IMG/VR virus record: IMGVR_UViG_2695420859_000012
Length of the DNA: 64,000 nucleotides
Reading direction: 5' to 3' (one strand)
Source of the DNA: a virus
Taxonomy: Duplodnaviria; Heunggongvirae; Uroviricota; Caudoviricetes
Made by a program: the position numbers and the translations under genes. The notes beneath the pieces are model-generated. The model had not been told where the DNA came from and made no database searches. It saw nothing but the letters and a program-made list of their open reading frames with translations. Shown here piece after piece: positions 1-8,956 of the stretch; positions within the stretch are counted from its first letter, which is position 1, and every line of letters begins with the position of its first letter.

Positions 1-972
1 GCCGTCTTTAATGTACTTCTGTTCAGACGCCCAACTCTTACCGTATGGCGGGTTAGACAACATAAAGTCAAAGCGTGAAGCCGCAAACTCGTCGGTAGAC
101 AAGGTTGAGCCTACCTTGATGTTCTCAGGGTTGTTACCTTTGATCATCATGTCCGATTTACAAATCGCGTAGGTCTCGTCATTGATCTCTTTGCCGTAAA
201 GGTAAATATCTCGGCTGTCGTTCGGGTATTTCTCTTCAATGAAGTTTTGAGATTCAGTGAGCATACCACCGCTACCACACGCAGGGTCGTAAACGGTCAT
301 GGTCAATGGTAGCTGCTCTTTCACTGGGTCAAAAACCAAGTGTGTCATCAGCTCAATCACTTCCCTAGGTGTAAAGTGCTCACCGGCTTCTTCGTTATTC
401 TCCTCGTTGAACTTACGGATCAACTCTTCGAACACGTACCCCATACCCAGGTTAGTAAGGGCTGGCATCTTGTTGCCATCTGGGTCTTCGATCGTTTCAT
501 GAGTTAAGTTGATGTAAGGGGAAACAAACTTTTCGACGACATCAAGAAGGACTTGCTTTGAGGCCATGTGACGAATTTGCAACTTGAGGTTAAAGCATTC
601 AATGATTTCTTTAACATTATCGCTAAAGCCAAGCAGGTACTCTTCAAAGTTGGCGAGTAATATCTGTTGGTTATTCGTTGCGGTGTTGAACAGGGATTTC
701 AGGGTCCATTTAGATGTATTGTAAAAAACATAACCACTAGCCGCCTTCAATGGTTCATCATCAAGCTCCGTGGCTTGCATCTCTTCTTTTTGGAACTTGA
801 CCTCTTCAAGCACGGCTTCTTTGGTGGGTTCAAGTAACGTATCTAAACGTCGTAATACCACCATAGGTAAAATCACATCGCGGTACTTACCGCGAACGTA
901 CACATCACGTAAACAGTCGTCGGCAATGTTCCATATAAATGAGATGAGCTTGTTATGTACACTATGATCCAT
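1..972 (-). CDS. hsdM: Type I restriction-modification methyltransferase subunit (HsdM-like), N-terminal part only; gene runs off the left edge
   Basis: Own minus-strand translation from ATG at 970-972: MDHSVHNKLISFIWNIADDCLRDVYVRGKYRDVILPMVVLRRLD..., FTPREVIELM, SAM motif DPACGSGGML, N6-adenine MTase motif NPPYG; no stop before position 1. Absent from ORF track because open-ended. Confidence 0.75.
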   Translation of the reverse strand, partial: MDHSVHNKLISFIWNIADDCLRDVYVRGKYRDVILPMVVLRRLDTLLEPTKEAVLEEVKFQKEEMQATELDDEPLKAASGYVFYNTSKWTLKSLFNTATNNQQILLANFEEYLLGFSDNVKEIIECFNLKLQIRHMASKQVLLDVVEKFVSPYINLTHETIEDPDGNKMPALTNLGMGYVFEELIRKFNEENNEEAGEHFTPREVIELMTHLVFDPVKEQLPLTMTVYDPACGSGGMLTESQNFIEEKYPNDSRDIYLYGKEINDETYAICKSDMMIKGNNPENIKVGSTLSTDEFAASRFDFMLSNPPYGKSWASEQKYIKDG

Positions 973-1134
973 TTTCTTTTCCTGTTCAGTGTTGGTTGCA
1001 CCCCACAAAGTTGCTGCAACGGCTTCACTATAAATTTAAAATTCTGTTCTTTCTGTAACGCCTAAATGGCCTCTACATCGTTCGATTAACTTGTTCTACC
1101 CGGCGCTAGATTTAAGTTTATGACACCATAAAGT

Positions 1135-1176
1135 GAATCGCCACAGGTTTAATAGACTGAATCGCCACAGGTTTAA
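1135..1176. repeat. Two 18-bp direct repeats (gaatcgccacaggtttaa) separated by 6 bp, upstream of hsdM
   Basis: Exact copies at 1135-1152 and 1159-1176. Confidence 0.6.
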
Positions 1177-1204
1177 CAGACACCTCAGAGTCATTTAAGA
1201 TGAC

Positions 1205-1396
1205 TTAAAGAGAGGTGTACAGCTCGGTATTCAGACCAGTCCACTGACGGCCAACGCCGACAACTTCACCGATACCTTTGTCTTCACCCAATTTGTTTAC
1301 TTTGATGCCAACGTACCCAGGCTCAACACGATCGCAGCCTGTAAGACCCATTGTGCAAACAGCAGCCACGATCACTGCCAGTAAACCTTTCTTCAT
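1205..1396 (-). CDS. Small lipoprotein, function unknown
   Basis: 63 aa; signal peptide with lipobox LTGC (MKKGLLAVIVAAVCTMGLTGC). Confidence 0.5.
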   Translation of the reverse strand: MKKGLLAVIVAAVCTMGLTGCDRVEPGYVGIKVNKLGEDKGIGEVVGVGRQWTGLNTELYTSL

Positions 1397-1399
1397 TAC

Positions 1400-1600
1400 T
1401 TACTTCCCCTTCGAATTAATTAGTGACTTCAGAAAGTTACGACCAACATTAAAGCCGATAACAGGAGCGCCAAAAGCAACAATGATTCCAAGCATTACGG
1501 CAATATCGCTTTTAGCCGAGATCAGCGACGGAACCAGCAAACAGTAGATGAAAACTACAGATATACCTGTAGCCACTGCCATCAGATAGAGTTTGATCAT
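1400..1600 (-). CDS. Small hydrophobic membrane protein, function unknown
   Basis: 66 aa, two hydrophobic segments; abuts the lipoprotein gene. Confidence 0.4.
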   Translation of the reverse strand: MIKLYLMAVATGISVVFIYCLLVPSLISAKSDIAVMLGIIVAFGAPVIGFNVGRNFLKSLINSKGK

Positions 1601-1690
1601 GTGTTTTCCTATGTGGCTATTGTGTGTAGATGGTGAGTAAGTGTTTATATATTTTCAAGGTATAAAGGCGTCCATTCGGACGCCTGAAAA

Positions 1691-4030
1691 TTAATCTTCT
1701 AATTCATCTGTCGGTGATGTCTTCTCGCGCCTGTCATCTATTGCCTGTAACGCAGCAATGATTTCAGCTAATGGCTTCTCCCGGTACATCTCGACGATCT
1801 GTGATTTGGTGTATTTCTTCTCGCCAATTTCCACACGCCCGCTGGCGCTCTTGGGCAGGTATCCTTCCTCCAGCATGTATTCAACCAGAGACTCGACGAC
1901 GTCCAGCCCGCGAGTCGGGTCGAAGTAGAATTTCCATGAGCATTTGCCAAACGGAGGCGCGACTTTGTTTTTAATGCACTCGGCGCCAACGTCCTGTCCG
2001 ATCTTCTCTTTGCCATCCTTCATGACGGATGCACCCAGACGGATGCGCACCGACGCGTAGAACTTCGGAGAGTCGCCACCCGGAGACGTAGTCGGATCGC
2101 CAAACATCACACCAATTTTGGTACGCACCTGGTTCAAGAAGATGATGCACGCGTTGTACTTACGCGCCCAAAGCGCCAGAGTAGGGAAGTTCGCACTTGT
2201 CGCGCGCGCCAGCGCCGTGTTGTCGTTCATGTTCAGCTGATCTTTGTCTTTCGCAGTGCCTTCTGCCATCTTGTCGAACTTCTCAGCCTTCGAGTTCGGA
2301 ACCATCGACGCCAGAGAGTCGGCTACGATGCAGATAGGGGCTGTTTCCGGAATAAGCTCTTCGTCGCGCACCAGCTTGAGGATTGTGCCGATCAGCTCTA
2401 CGGAGTCTTCGAAGGTATCCGGCTGTTTGTAGACCCACTGACCGTCATCCTCATCTGCGTTCAGGCCATTGGCTACAGCCAGGCCAACGTCAAAACTGTT
2501 TTCATGATCGAGGAATACCGCCAGACCATCTTGTTTTTGAGCGGAGATCATCGCTGCTGTTGCAAGGAATGTGTTGTGGCTGATAATCCCGTTAGACCAG
2601 AAAGAGTGTGTTTCCGGCATCGCTACGTCGAACGTTGGTGCTTCACCTTCCTCAATAGCCACGACTTCGTCGTAGAACAAGTTAGAGCCAATTACCGCTG
2701 CCAGTTGTGCAAACAGATGCTCGTTAAAACGATTCTTTCTGCCAATGAAGGAGACATAGATTTCTCGCAGTTTGTCTATTCCGACACGATCGCCGCGGCC
2801 AATAACGTGGTCTACCAGAGCGTAGTCTTCACGGGTGGTCTTGGTGAGCGACTCGTAGAGTGATTTCACTAAGCCGCTGATGTGCGGAACATAGCCTGAG
2901 TAAGTGCGGTCAAAACCAATGTCCCGTTTGGTTGCCACTGATAAACGTGCCGGAGATTCGAAACCAATCGTTGACAGAAAAAGGTCGTAATTAGAGCCAC
3001 TGAATGACAGCCGGTAATATGTATTTTCATAACCCGCGACGTGTTTTTCAGAGATAGTTGACGTAATCCCCAGATTCAGGAGCATGAGGCGAATTTGCTG
3101 TAGCAGCAGCCCACTCGCGCTCACAACCTCAATGCAGCGACCATCATTGACGTGGCATTCCAGCTCAAAGTAGCCGCGAAGGAATGCAATTTGAGCCTCG
3201 CTATTGGCGCGACGCACACTCAACGGAACCTGCTTGCCAGCAGCTTTCTCATACTCCAGACCATATTCTTTAAAAAGCAGCGAACGCACCTCTTTGCTAA
3301 ACAGCACATGGTCTTCCGAGCCGTTATGTTTTCTCGTAACTGGCATCTTGTCTGATACCAGCGAAATGAGGCGGTAGTACTCATCCTTGATGAAAGGATC
3401 TGTGTTAGAAAAATTCACTGAATTTTCAGAGGCGACGTATCCGTCAGCAATTAAATAGCCCATCAGTTTTGCGATATTGGCATCCAGGTGCTGATCGCCG
3501 AATTGATGTGTGCCAACCATTGAAGGAATCGTGTCGCCTACACTGATTTTTTCAGCATGTCGCCAGACGACATTACCTAAGTCGTCAACCACACGGATTG
3601 GGTGACGGAACGTAGCCTCGATATAACCGCCTGATGCCAGCTTAATACGCTTGAATTTGCGACGGTTGTTCCATGTCAGGTGTGAGGTCTTCTCTATCAC
3701 GCCATTTTCATTGATGAGTCCAACGTTATGCTCTACATCGCGAGTAGTGCATGTCGCTTTGTACCCTTCAATCTCAAACAACTCTTTCACTGTTACCATT
3801 CCACGCTCCGTCAGCAGCATGGTGTCTGCGGTAACACATTTCCCTGCACTTGGAGGACCGAATACTTCGACGATACGACCACATGGGAAGCCGCCATCGT
3901 AACGACCAGAAATAGCTTTGTTTAACGGTGGAAAGCCTGTATCAATCCAATGAGTTACTTTCTGAATTTCGTCGTTGCTACCGATTTTCTTTTTCAGAGC
4001 AAGTGCCAGTGCGGATTTTCCTTTTGCCAT
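1691..4030 (-). CDS. recA: RecA-family recombinase interrupted by an intein in the Walker A P-loop
   Basis: N-extein ends GRIVEVFGPPSAGK, C-extein resumes TFLATAAM... and contains IIFLNQVRTKIGVMFGDPTTSPGGDSPKFYASVRIRL, closely matching bacterial RecA as recalled; exteins total 357 aa. Confidence 0.85.
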   Translation of the reverse strand: MAKGKSALALALKKKIGSNDEIQKVTHWIDTGFPPLNKAISGRYDGGFPCGRIVEVFGPPSAGKCVTADTMLLTERGMVTVKELFEIEGYKATCTTRDVEHNVGLINENGVIEKTSHLTWNNRRKFKRIKLASGGYIEATFRHPIRVVDDLGNVVWRHAEKISVGDTIPSMVGTHQFGDQHLDANIAKLMGYLIADGYVASENSVNFSNTDPFIKDEYYRLISLVSDKMPVTRKHNGSEDHVLFSKEVRSLLFKEYGLEYEKAAGKQVPLSVRRANSEAQIAFLRGYFELECHVNDGRCIEVVSASGLLLQQIRLMLLNLGITSTISEKHVAGYENTYYRLSFSGSNYDLFLSTIGFESPARLSVATKRDIGFDRTYSGYVPHISGLVKSLYESLTKTTREDYALVDHVIGRGDRVGIDKLREIYVSFIGRKNRFNEHLFAQLAAVIGSNLFYDEVVAIEEGEAPTFDVAMPETHSFWSNGIISHNTFLATAAMISAQKQDGLAVFLDHENSFDVGLAVANGLNADEDDGQWVYKQPDTFEDSVELIGTILKLVRDEELIPETAPICIVADSLASMVPNSKAEKFDKMAEGTAKDKDQLNMNDNTALARATSANFPTLALWARKYNACIIFLNQVRTKIGVMFGDPTTSPGGDSPKFYASVRIRLGASVMKDGKEKIGQDVGAECIKNKVAPPFGKCSWKFYFDPTRGLDVVESLVEYMLEEGYLPKSASGRVEIGEKKYTKSQIVEMYREKPLAEIIAALQAIDDRREKTSPTDELED
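2573..3838 (-). mobile_element. Intein (about 422 aa) with LAGLIDADG homing-endonuclease domain, inside the recA P-loop
   Basis: Begins with Cys immediately after GPPSAGK and ends ...IISHN followed by Thr; LAGLIDADG-type blocks LMGYLIADGYV and FLRGYFELECHVNDG. Confidence 0.8.
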
Positions 4031-4032
4031 GA

Positions 4033-4305
4033 TCAGGCTCCTTTTGTTTCGTTGATTCGTTTTAAAGCGGCGGATTCATCGAATACAATCGCATCGTGGT
4101 TAAGGAGTCTGGATACACGAGCGAGGATTTTTACGACCTGCTCGCTGACTAATCCAAACTCGCGATCTGTCGCTTTCATTCCGGCAGCGCCTAGAATTGA
4201 CGGCAGTGCGATGACAGCGTACTCACCGTGATAAAAGACAATCTCTTTTGCCAGTTGGGCAGGGGTGGTTGTAGCGCCATTAATAATTGATTTAAGCATT
4301 AGCAA
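4033..4305 (-). CDS. Hypothetical protein
   Basis: 90-aa ORF packed between exonuclease and recA genes. Confidence 0.4.
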   Translation of the reverse strand: MLMLKSIINGATTTPAQLAKEIVFYHGEYAVIALPSILGAAGMKATDREFGLVSEQVVKILARVSRLLNHDAIVFDESAALKRINETKGA

Positions 4306-5294
4306 TACCTTTCGAATGGAAGAACATACACTTCAAGGTCTTCAAGGAACGAACGGAAATTCAGCTCGTAGCACAGTTGCTCGAATGCTTTCACGTCACG
4401 ATTGCCTTTGATTGTTTCGATTTCGGTAGGCGGAAACTTCGTCTCAATCAGGTTCATTAGCGTGATGTTTCTCTTGAACGCTTCGAGCATTCGACAGCCT
4501 GTTTTCTCGTTGAAGGCATTCTTCGCTAGTTTGTTGAAGGCGGTCTTATGGCGTCCTTTGTCAACCACGATTGAGCCGTCGTTGATGCCGCGTACCATCG
4601 TTGCGACACTTCCCCATTCATGCAGCAGCTCTTTCGCACCGCCAGCACCAATGCCACCAACACCGCTAATGTTGTCCGATTTATCGCCTTGTAATGCTTT
4701 TGCTTCCAAAAATGCGCGAGGAGTAGCGAATCCTGTCAGCTCCGCAAATTGCTCAAAATTAACCTGCTTGTTTTTGGCGTCTTCACGCAGGCTTACCCAG
4801 CTTACGTTTTCACGAACTAACTGAAGCCAGTCGCTATCGCCTGTTAACAGATAGATGTGTTCAACGGTTGGCTGCGGTGCCATGCGGGATACCAGCAGCC
4901 CGGCCAGATCATCCGCTTCTGCATCTTTTGCAATGAGTTGGGTAACTCCAAGCGCGGTCATCATTTTGAGGATGTATGGCTTCTGGATAGCAAAGCCTTC
5001 CTTCATCTTTTTCATATCAGGATCGTCGTCGCGATTTGCTTTGTAGTCCGGGTAAAAGTCGCGACGCTTGTCACTAAATCCATCCCAAAGAATCATAGGT
5101 CGGGCATGGAGGATGGAGGCATAACGACGGACGTTCTTAACAAAGCCGAAAGCAGCCTGTACTTCCATTTCGCCGTTGTGCAATTTGTCAGATTGTTGGT
5201 GGTAATAACCCAGGCTATTGCCATCTACGAAGAGATAATTCACCGGTACATTCCTTCCAAAAAGTAAGGCGTCCGTAGACGCCTTACTGGTCAC
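4299..5294 (-). CDS. 5'-3' exonuclease / flap endonuclease (FEN, RNase H-like)
   Basis: AKDAEADDLAG acidic motif and H3TH-like GDKSDNISGVGGIGAGGAKELL. Confidence 0.75.
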   Translation of the reverse strand: MTSKASTDALLFGRNVPVNYLFVDGNSLGYYHQQSDKLHNGEMEVQAAFGFVKNVRRYASILHARPMILWDGFSDKRRDFYPDYKANRDDDPDMKKMKEGFAIQKPYILKMMTALGVTQLIAKDAEADDLAGLLVSRMAPQPTVEHIYLLTGDSDWLQLVRENVSWVSLREDAKNKQVNFEQFAELTGFATPRAFLEAKALQGDKSDNISGVGGIGAGGAKELLHEWGSVATMVRGINDGSIVVDKGRHKTAFNKLAKNAFNEKTGCRMLEAFKRNITLMNLIETKFPPTEIETIKGNRDVKAFEQLCYELNFRSFLEDLEVYVLPFERYC

Positions 5295-5303
5295 GTAATG
5301 GGA

Positions 5304-6332
5304 TTACAGAGAGTCCAGCTCTCTCAGTAGGTCATCCAGACCTTCATCTTCCGTCGCAGATGCGGCTGCTACAGATGTCGTTGCGACTGCTTCAGACTCT
5401 TTGACTGATACTGCAACGGCAGCGGGACTTGCTTCTGGTTTAAATTCAGTTTCAACGGCACGGAGGATTTCTTCATCAACCAGACTGGTTGGTTCAGAAG
5501 CTGGGGTATGAGCGGTAGCTACAGCAGTCGCACCCTCCGTATGACCAGTGACAGAGCCAAATCCAGGTAGTGCCGCAGCCGATGTTTTCGCGGTTGAGGA
5601 AATTGCTGGTGCAGATGCTGCGGCAGTTGGTGCAGCGATGCCAATCAGACGACCCATAGTGCGAACTGTCGACAGAAGACGAGTTTCATCAGCCTGATTT
5701 GCGTATGCGATCAGATCATGCTGGGTATTCCAGAATTTATCTTCGATATCGCCTTTGTAGACTTTACGCTTAGGCGAGACGTCATATTTGGTATCGCGAC
5801 CAGAGCCAGTACGTTTAATCAGGAATGCGTAGCCTTCCTCTTTGCTCAGTGGATTGCCGATATCATCAGCGATGTCTTCGGTGATTGCTTTGCAGATATC
5901 ATCGAATACAGTAGACGGCAGCTCGATTAACTGGCATTTCTCAGCATCTGCGAAATCCTCACGAGCAGAAAGAATGCCGTTGACCAGGTAGCGAGGAGTG
6001 GCACGCATTTGACCGATGCGTTCTTCCATTGCTTTGTTACCCTTGTGACGAGCGCGACCTTCCATCACCATTTCGCATAGCTGACAAGCGCGACCGTGAG
6101 TATGTTGCTCACAAATATAAGCGTTGGTTGCTTCTTTACCTTCCTCGTTCTGATACTTAACGTAGTGCATACCGAAAGTCTGGAAGAACTTACCGTTTGG
6201 GTCGTCTTTATTCGGGAAGATGCGGATATAGTTGACGCCGTCTTTTAAGCGAGTCAGATCAACGTTGTTACCACGTTTGGCGGCAATGTCTTCACGAGTT
6301 TTGTTAAGCAAATCAAGTAATGTCTTAGACAT
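5304..6332 (-). CDS. Single-stranded DNA-binding protein, T4 gp32-like
   Basis: Recalled similarity to T4 gp32 around the zinc-binding region (IRIFPNKDDPNGKFF...CEQHTHGRACQLCE); Ala/Ser/Thr-rich acidic C-terminal tail. Confidence 0.6.
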   Translation of the reverse strand: MSKTLLDLLNKTREDIAAKRGNNVDLTRLKDGVNYIRIFPNKDDPNGKFFQTFGMHYVKYQNEEGKEATNAYICEQHTHGRACQLCEMVMEGRARHKGNKAMEERIGQMRATPRYLVNGILSAREDFADAEKCQLIELPSTVFDDICKAITEDIADDIGNPLSKEEGYAFLIKRTGSGRDTKYDVSPKRKVYKGDIEDKFWNTQHDLIAYANQADETRLLSTVRTMGRLIGIAAPTAAASAPAISSTAKTSAAALPGFGSVTGHTEGATAVATAHTPASEPTSLVDEEILRAVETEFKPEASPAAVAVSVKESEAVATTSVAAASATEDEGLDDLLRELDSL

Positions 6333-6449
6333 GTGTTTCTCCTTGTTGTGATTTGGCCGATGGCGCTATGCGCGTTGGGCTTTCGTTCATTCGTGGCTCT
6401 TTCGAGCTGTTAAATGATAGATCAGTACTTACTTATTATCTATCAAAAA

Positions 6450-6905
6450 TCAACGGGGAGTAATAAAGCGTTCAGAGCCTAATCGCTCTAATTCAACGAT
6501 GGCCATCTTTGACGCCTGAACGATCATGTCTCGGCGATGCGAAAAGGCGGCGACAGCATGTTTGTATATGTCTGCGATGTGCCGTGCTTCATCCAACTTC
6601 TGCCTTTTAGACAGATACTGTGGGTTTGTTTTAACCTTAGCGTCCAGTACAGATTCGTTGAACTTAATGCCGTTCATACTCAAGTTCTTACGCTCTGTGT
6701 CGTATAGCTTTGCTTCAACAGCTTCAAGGTTAAGTTTTGCCTCTGCGACACTTCTTTCTGCATGAGCGAGTTTTGAGCCATACTCCATTAAAAGGCGGGG
6801 TTGTCTACGCCAGACTTCCTCCAGATTGTCTCGGTCAAACTCGAGATCAGACATTATTTTCTCGTAAATATCGGCGATCATGCACATTTCCTTATCACTT
6901 ATCAT
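6450..6905 (-). CDS. Hypothetical protein (position suggests a replication/recombination accessory)
   Basis: 151-aa ORF between SSB and DnaE genes. Confidence 0.4.
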   Translation of the reverse strand: MISDKEMCMIADIYEKIMSDLEFDRDNLEEVWRRQPRLLMEYGSKLAHAERSVAEAKLNLEAVEAKLYDTERKNLSMNGIKFNESVLDAKVKTNPQYLSKRQKLDEARHIADIYKHAVAAFSHRRDMIVQASKMAIVELERLGSERFITPR

Positions 6906-7007
6906 TTTGTATTGATTATATCATTGTAATGATGAGGCAATGAGCTTGAAGATAGGGGGGGTGAGGGGATAAGGGAAAACATGGCCTTTATGGCCATGTT
7001 TATTGGA

Positions 7008-8177
7008 TCACGTCTTAATAGTTTCTGCTACGTCGGCTAATATCGCTTCTAGTCGTTCTCCCTCTTCAGGTCTGAAGTAAAGAATGTTGGGGTTAAACCC
7101 GTAAAAGACAGTAACGTCAAGGTCTGGAAGATACTCCTTCCTGCCGACCAAATCGGATGGCTTGTTTTTGTTGTTAAACAATGAAGTTGCCCGGCTGCCA
7201 CACGTCAGCACATAGGTCGGACGCACCAGATTGATCTCTTCACGCATAAAGTCGGTGAACTGGCCGATCTCGTCTTTGGTGTAGTCTTTTTCTTTGTCTT
7301 TAACCTTCTTGCAAACACCTGTGACATAGAGATCGCCCATGCGTAAATCTCCAGCCGTCAATAGCTTGGCCTTAAAGTCGTCGTATCCGTTCTCCATAAA
7401 GTAACCGGTTCGAGCATCATTGCCGTTCGCATTGTCCAGAATGATCATGATTTTCGGCTTAATACCAATGCTGGGGCGGATTAGTTCATCACCTAAGCCC
7501 ATTTCAGCCGCCATCCGCGTCATGAGTACGTTAATTTCAGCCGAACGTTTGGGGTTCATCTCAAACGGACGTGAGGCTTTAACTGCGTCTATGACAAGGT
7601 TTCCCATCAATTCAGCCTGGTCGCGTAGGCGCTCTGGATCAGTTGCTGGCAGACTGCCTGGCTCGATGGATGCAAACGCCCCTACTTTTTGCAGCGATTC
7701 GCGCACTCGACTATTACAGGCACGTTTCTCGACAGCTTCTTCGAATTGCGCCAGTGACTCGAATTTGCCGCCAACTTTTTCTCGCGCTCTCATGATGGCT
7801 TGGCAGCCATTCTCAGAACACCCCTTCACAGCAGAGAAGGGCGCATACAGCACCTGGCTGCCATCTTCAAGCGTGCGGATCTCGATTCGGTTAGATGACA
7901 CGTTAACGTCTGGTGGCAATACGCGAATGCCATAGGTCAGCGCATCTTTAACCAGCCCCTGGTGTTTATCTTCGCCAAGAATAGTGAGAGCAGCAGCGAA
8001 AAACTCTGCGGGATAATGAGTTTTCAACCACATAGATTGATAACTGATTAAGGAGTAAGCAACAGAGTGTGATTTGTTGAAGGCATACGCGCCGGATTTC
8101 TCAAACATATTCCAGATTTCTTCGGCTCGTTCGTGCGTCAGGCCATTGCTCTCTTCGACAACACCGGTAATTTTCAT
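7008..8177 (-). CDS. dnaE: DNA polymerase III alpha (DnaE-type), C-terminal fragment
   Basis: ERAEEIWNMFEKSGAYAFNKSHSVAYSLISYQSMWLKTHYPAEFFAA matches the DnaE finger region as recalled; GAGG 7 nt before the ATG, which overlaps the HNH stop (ATGA). Confidence 0.8.
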   Translation of the reverse strand: MKITGVVEESNGLTHERAEEIWNMFEKSGAYAFNKSHSVAYSLISYQSMWLKTHYPAEFFAAALTILGEDKHQGLVKDALTYGIRVLPPDVNVSSNRIEIRTLEDGSQVLYAPFSAVKGCSENGCQAIMRAREKVGGKFESLAQFEEAVEKRACNSRVRESLQKVGAFASIEPGSLPATDPERLRDQAELMGNLVIDAVKASRPFEMNPKRSAEINVLMTRMAAEMGLGDELIRPSIGIKPKIMIILDNANGNDARTGYFMENGYDDFKAKLLTAGDLRMGDLYVTGVCKKVKDKEKDYTKDEIGQFTDFMREEINLVRPTYVLTCGSRATSLFNNKNKPSDLVGRKEYLPDLDVTVFYGFNPNILYFRPEEGERLEAILADVAETIKT

Positions 8178-8908
8178 GCAGTCACCTCATCAATCTTCAC
8201 GAACTCATACCCATTGGAGGCCAGCCAGTTCCGTTGGCGCTCCCAGCTCCATATCTCTTCACGCATTTCACTATGCAGGCGAATGTGGGCGTCTTCTGGA
8301 AGTGCTACAAGATTCCCAGGGGCGTTATCTATCGTATCGCGGTTAATATGGTGGACATGTTCATCGTCACGTAGCTCCCGACCGAGACGTTCTTTCGCTA
8401 TCAATCGATGAACGTATTCGTATTGCGAAACGCCATTGTTACCAACCAGCTGCATCATGTAGCCGTTGGTTTTTACGATGATGCCACCTTTGTAGTTGTT
8501 CGCTTCTTCTCCGATCTTTCCGCGTTTGGCAGCCGCCAGCTTTTCCTTCGTCTCCGCGCGGATTGTTCTGCCGGTTAGCTTTTTCGAAACGGTGGCCACT
8601 CGCTCATCGATATCAGCACGCAGACCGGCATTCCACGAGGTTTTCCCATACATAGGGTTGCCAGTGCCAGTCCGGGCTTCGGAGAGACGCTTCATACGTT
8701 CGTCATTATTTTTGTTTTTGCCACGATTCCAGGCTGGGGTAGCGGAGATCCGCGCGCTTCCGCGCCTGATCCCCCATTTGGCTAATAAGCGGTCAATATT
8801 TGCCTTGCTGCAACCAGCTTCGGCGGCAATGTCTTCTTTTCTCATCAGGTCAACCATGTAACGCTGACGTAACCATTCTTCTGTGATTTTGTACTTCGTA
8901 CTCGGCAT
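8174..8908 (-). CDS. HNH homing endonuclease inserted within dnaE
   Basis: HNH motif EHVHHINRDTIDNAPGNLVALPEDAH; separate frame and start. Confidence 0.8.
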   Translation of the reverse strand: MPSTKYKITEEWLRQRYMVDLMRKEDIAAEAGCSKANIDRLLAKWGIRRGSARISATPAWNRGKNKNNDERMKRLSEARTGTGNPMYGKTSWNAGLRADIDERVATVSKKLTGRTIRAETKEKLAAAKRGKIGEEANNYKGGIIVKTNGYMMQLVGNNGVSQYEYVHRLIAKERLGRELRDDEHVHHINRDTIDNAPGNLVALPEDAHIRLHSEMREEIWSWERQRNWLASNGYEFVKIDEVTA

Positions 8909-8956
8909 TTCTAAGACTCACTAAACAAATTGTTTTCTTATCTTATAAATTAATTC

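Noticed and set aside
1-972. Interpreting the left-edge methyltransferase as an orphan Dam/Dcm-type phage methylase
   Set aside because: The N-terminal domain pattern and motif order (SAM motif then NPPYG, long N-domain) fit type I HsdM rather than small orphan MTases; the gene is incomplete in the window, so system completeness is unknown.
6977-7004. Hairpin aaacatggcc-tttat-ggccatgttt as an intrinsic terminator after dnaE
   Set aside because: Strong stem but no T-run on the minus (coding) strand; kept only as a possible RNA structure.
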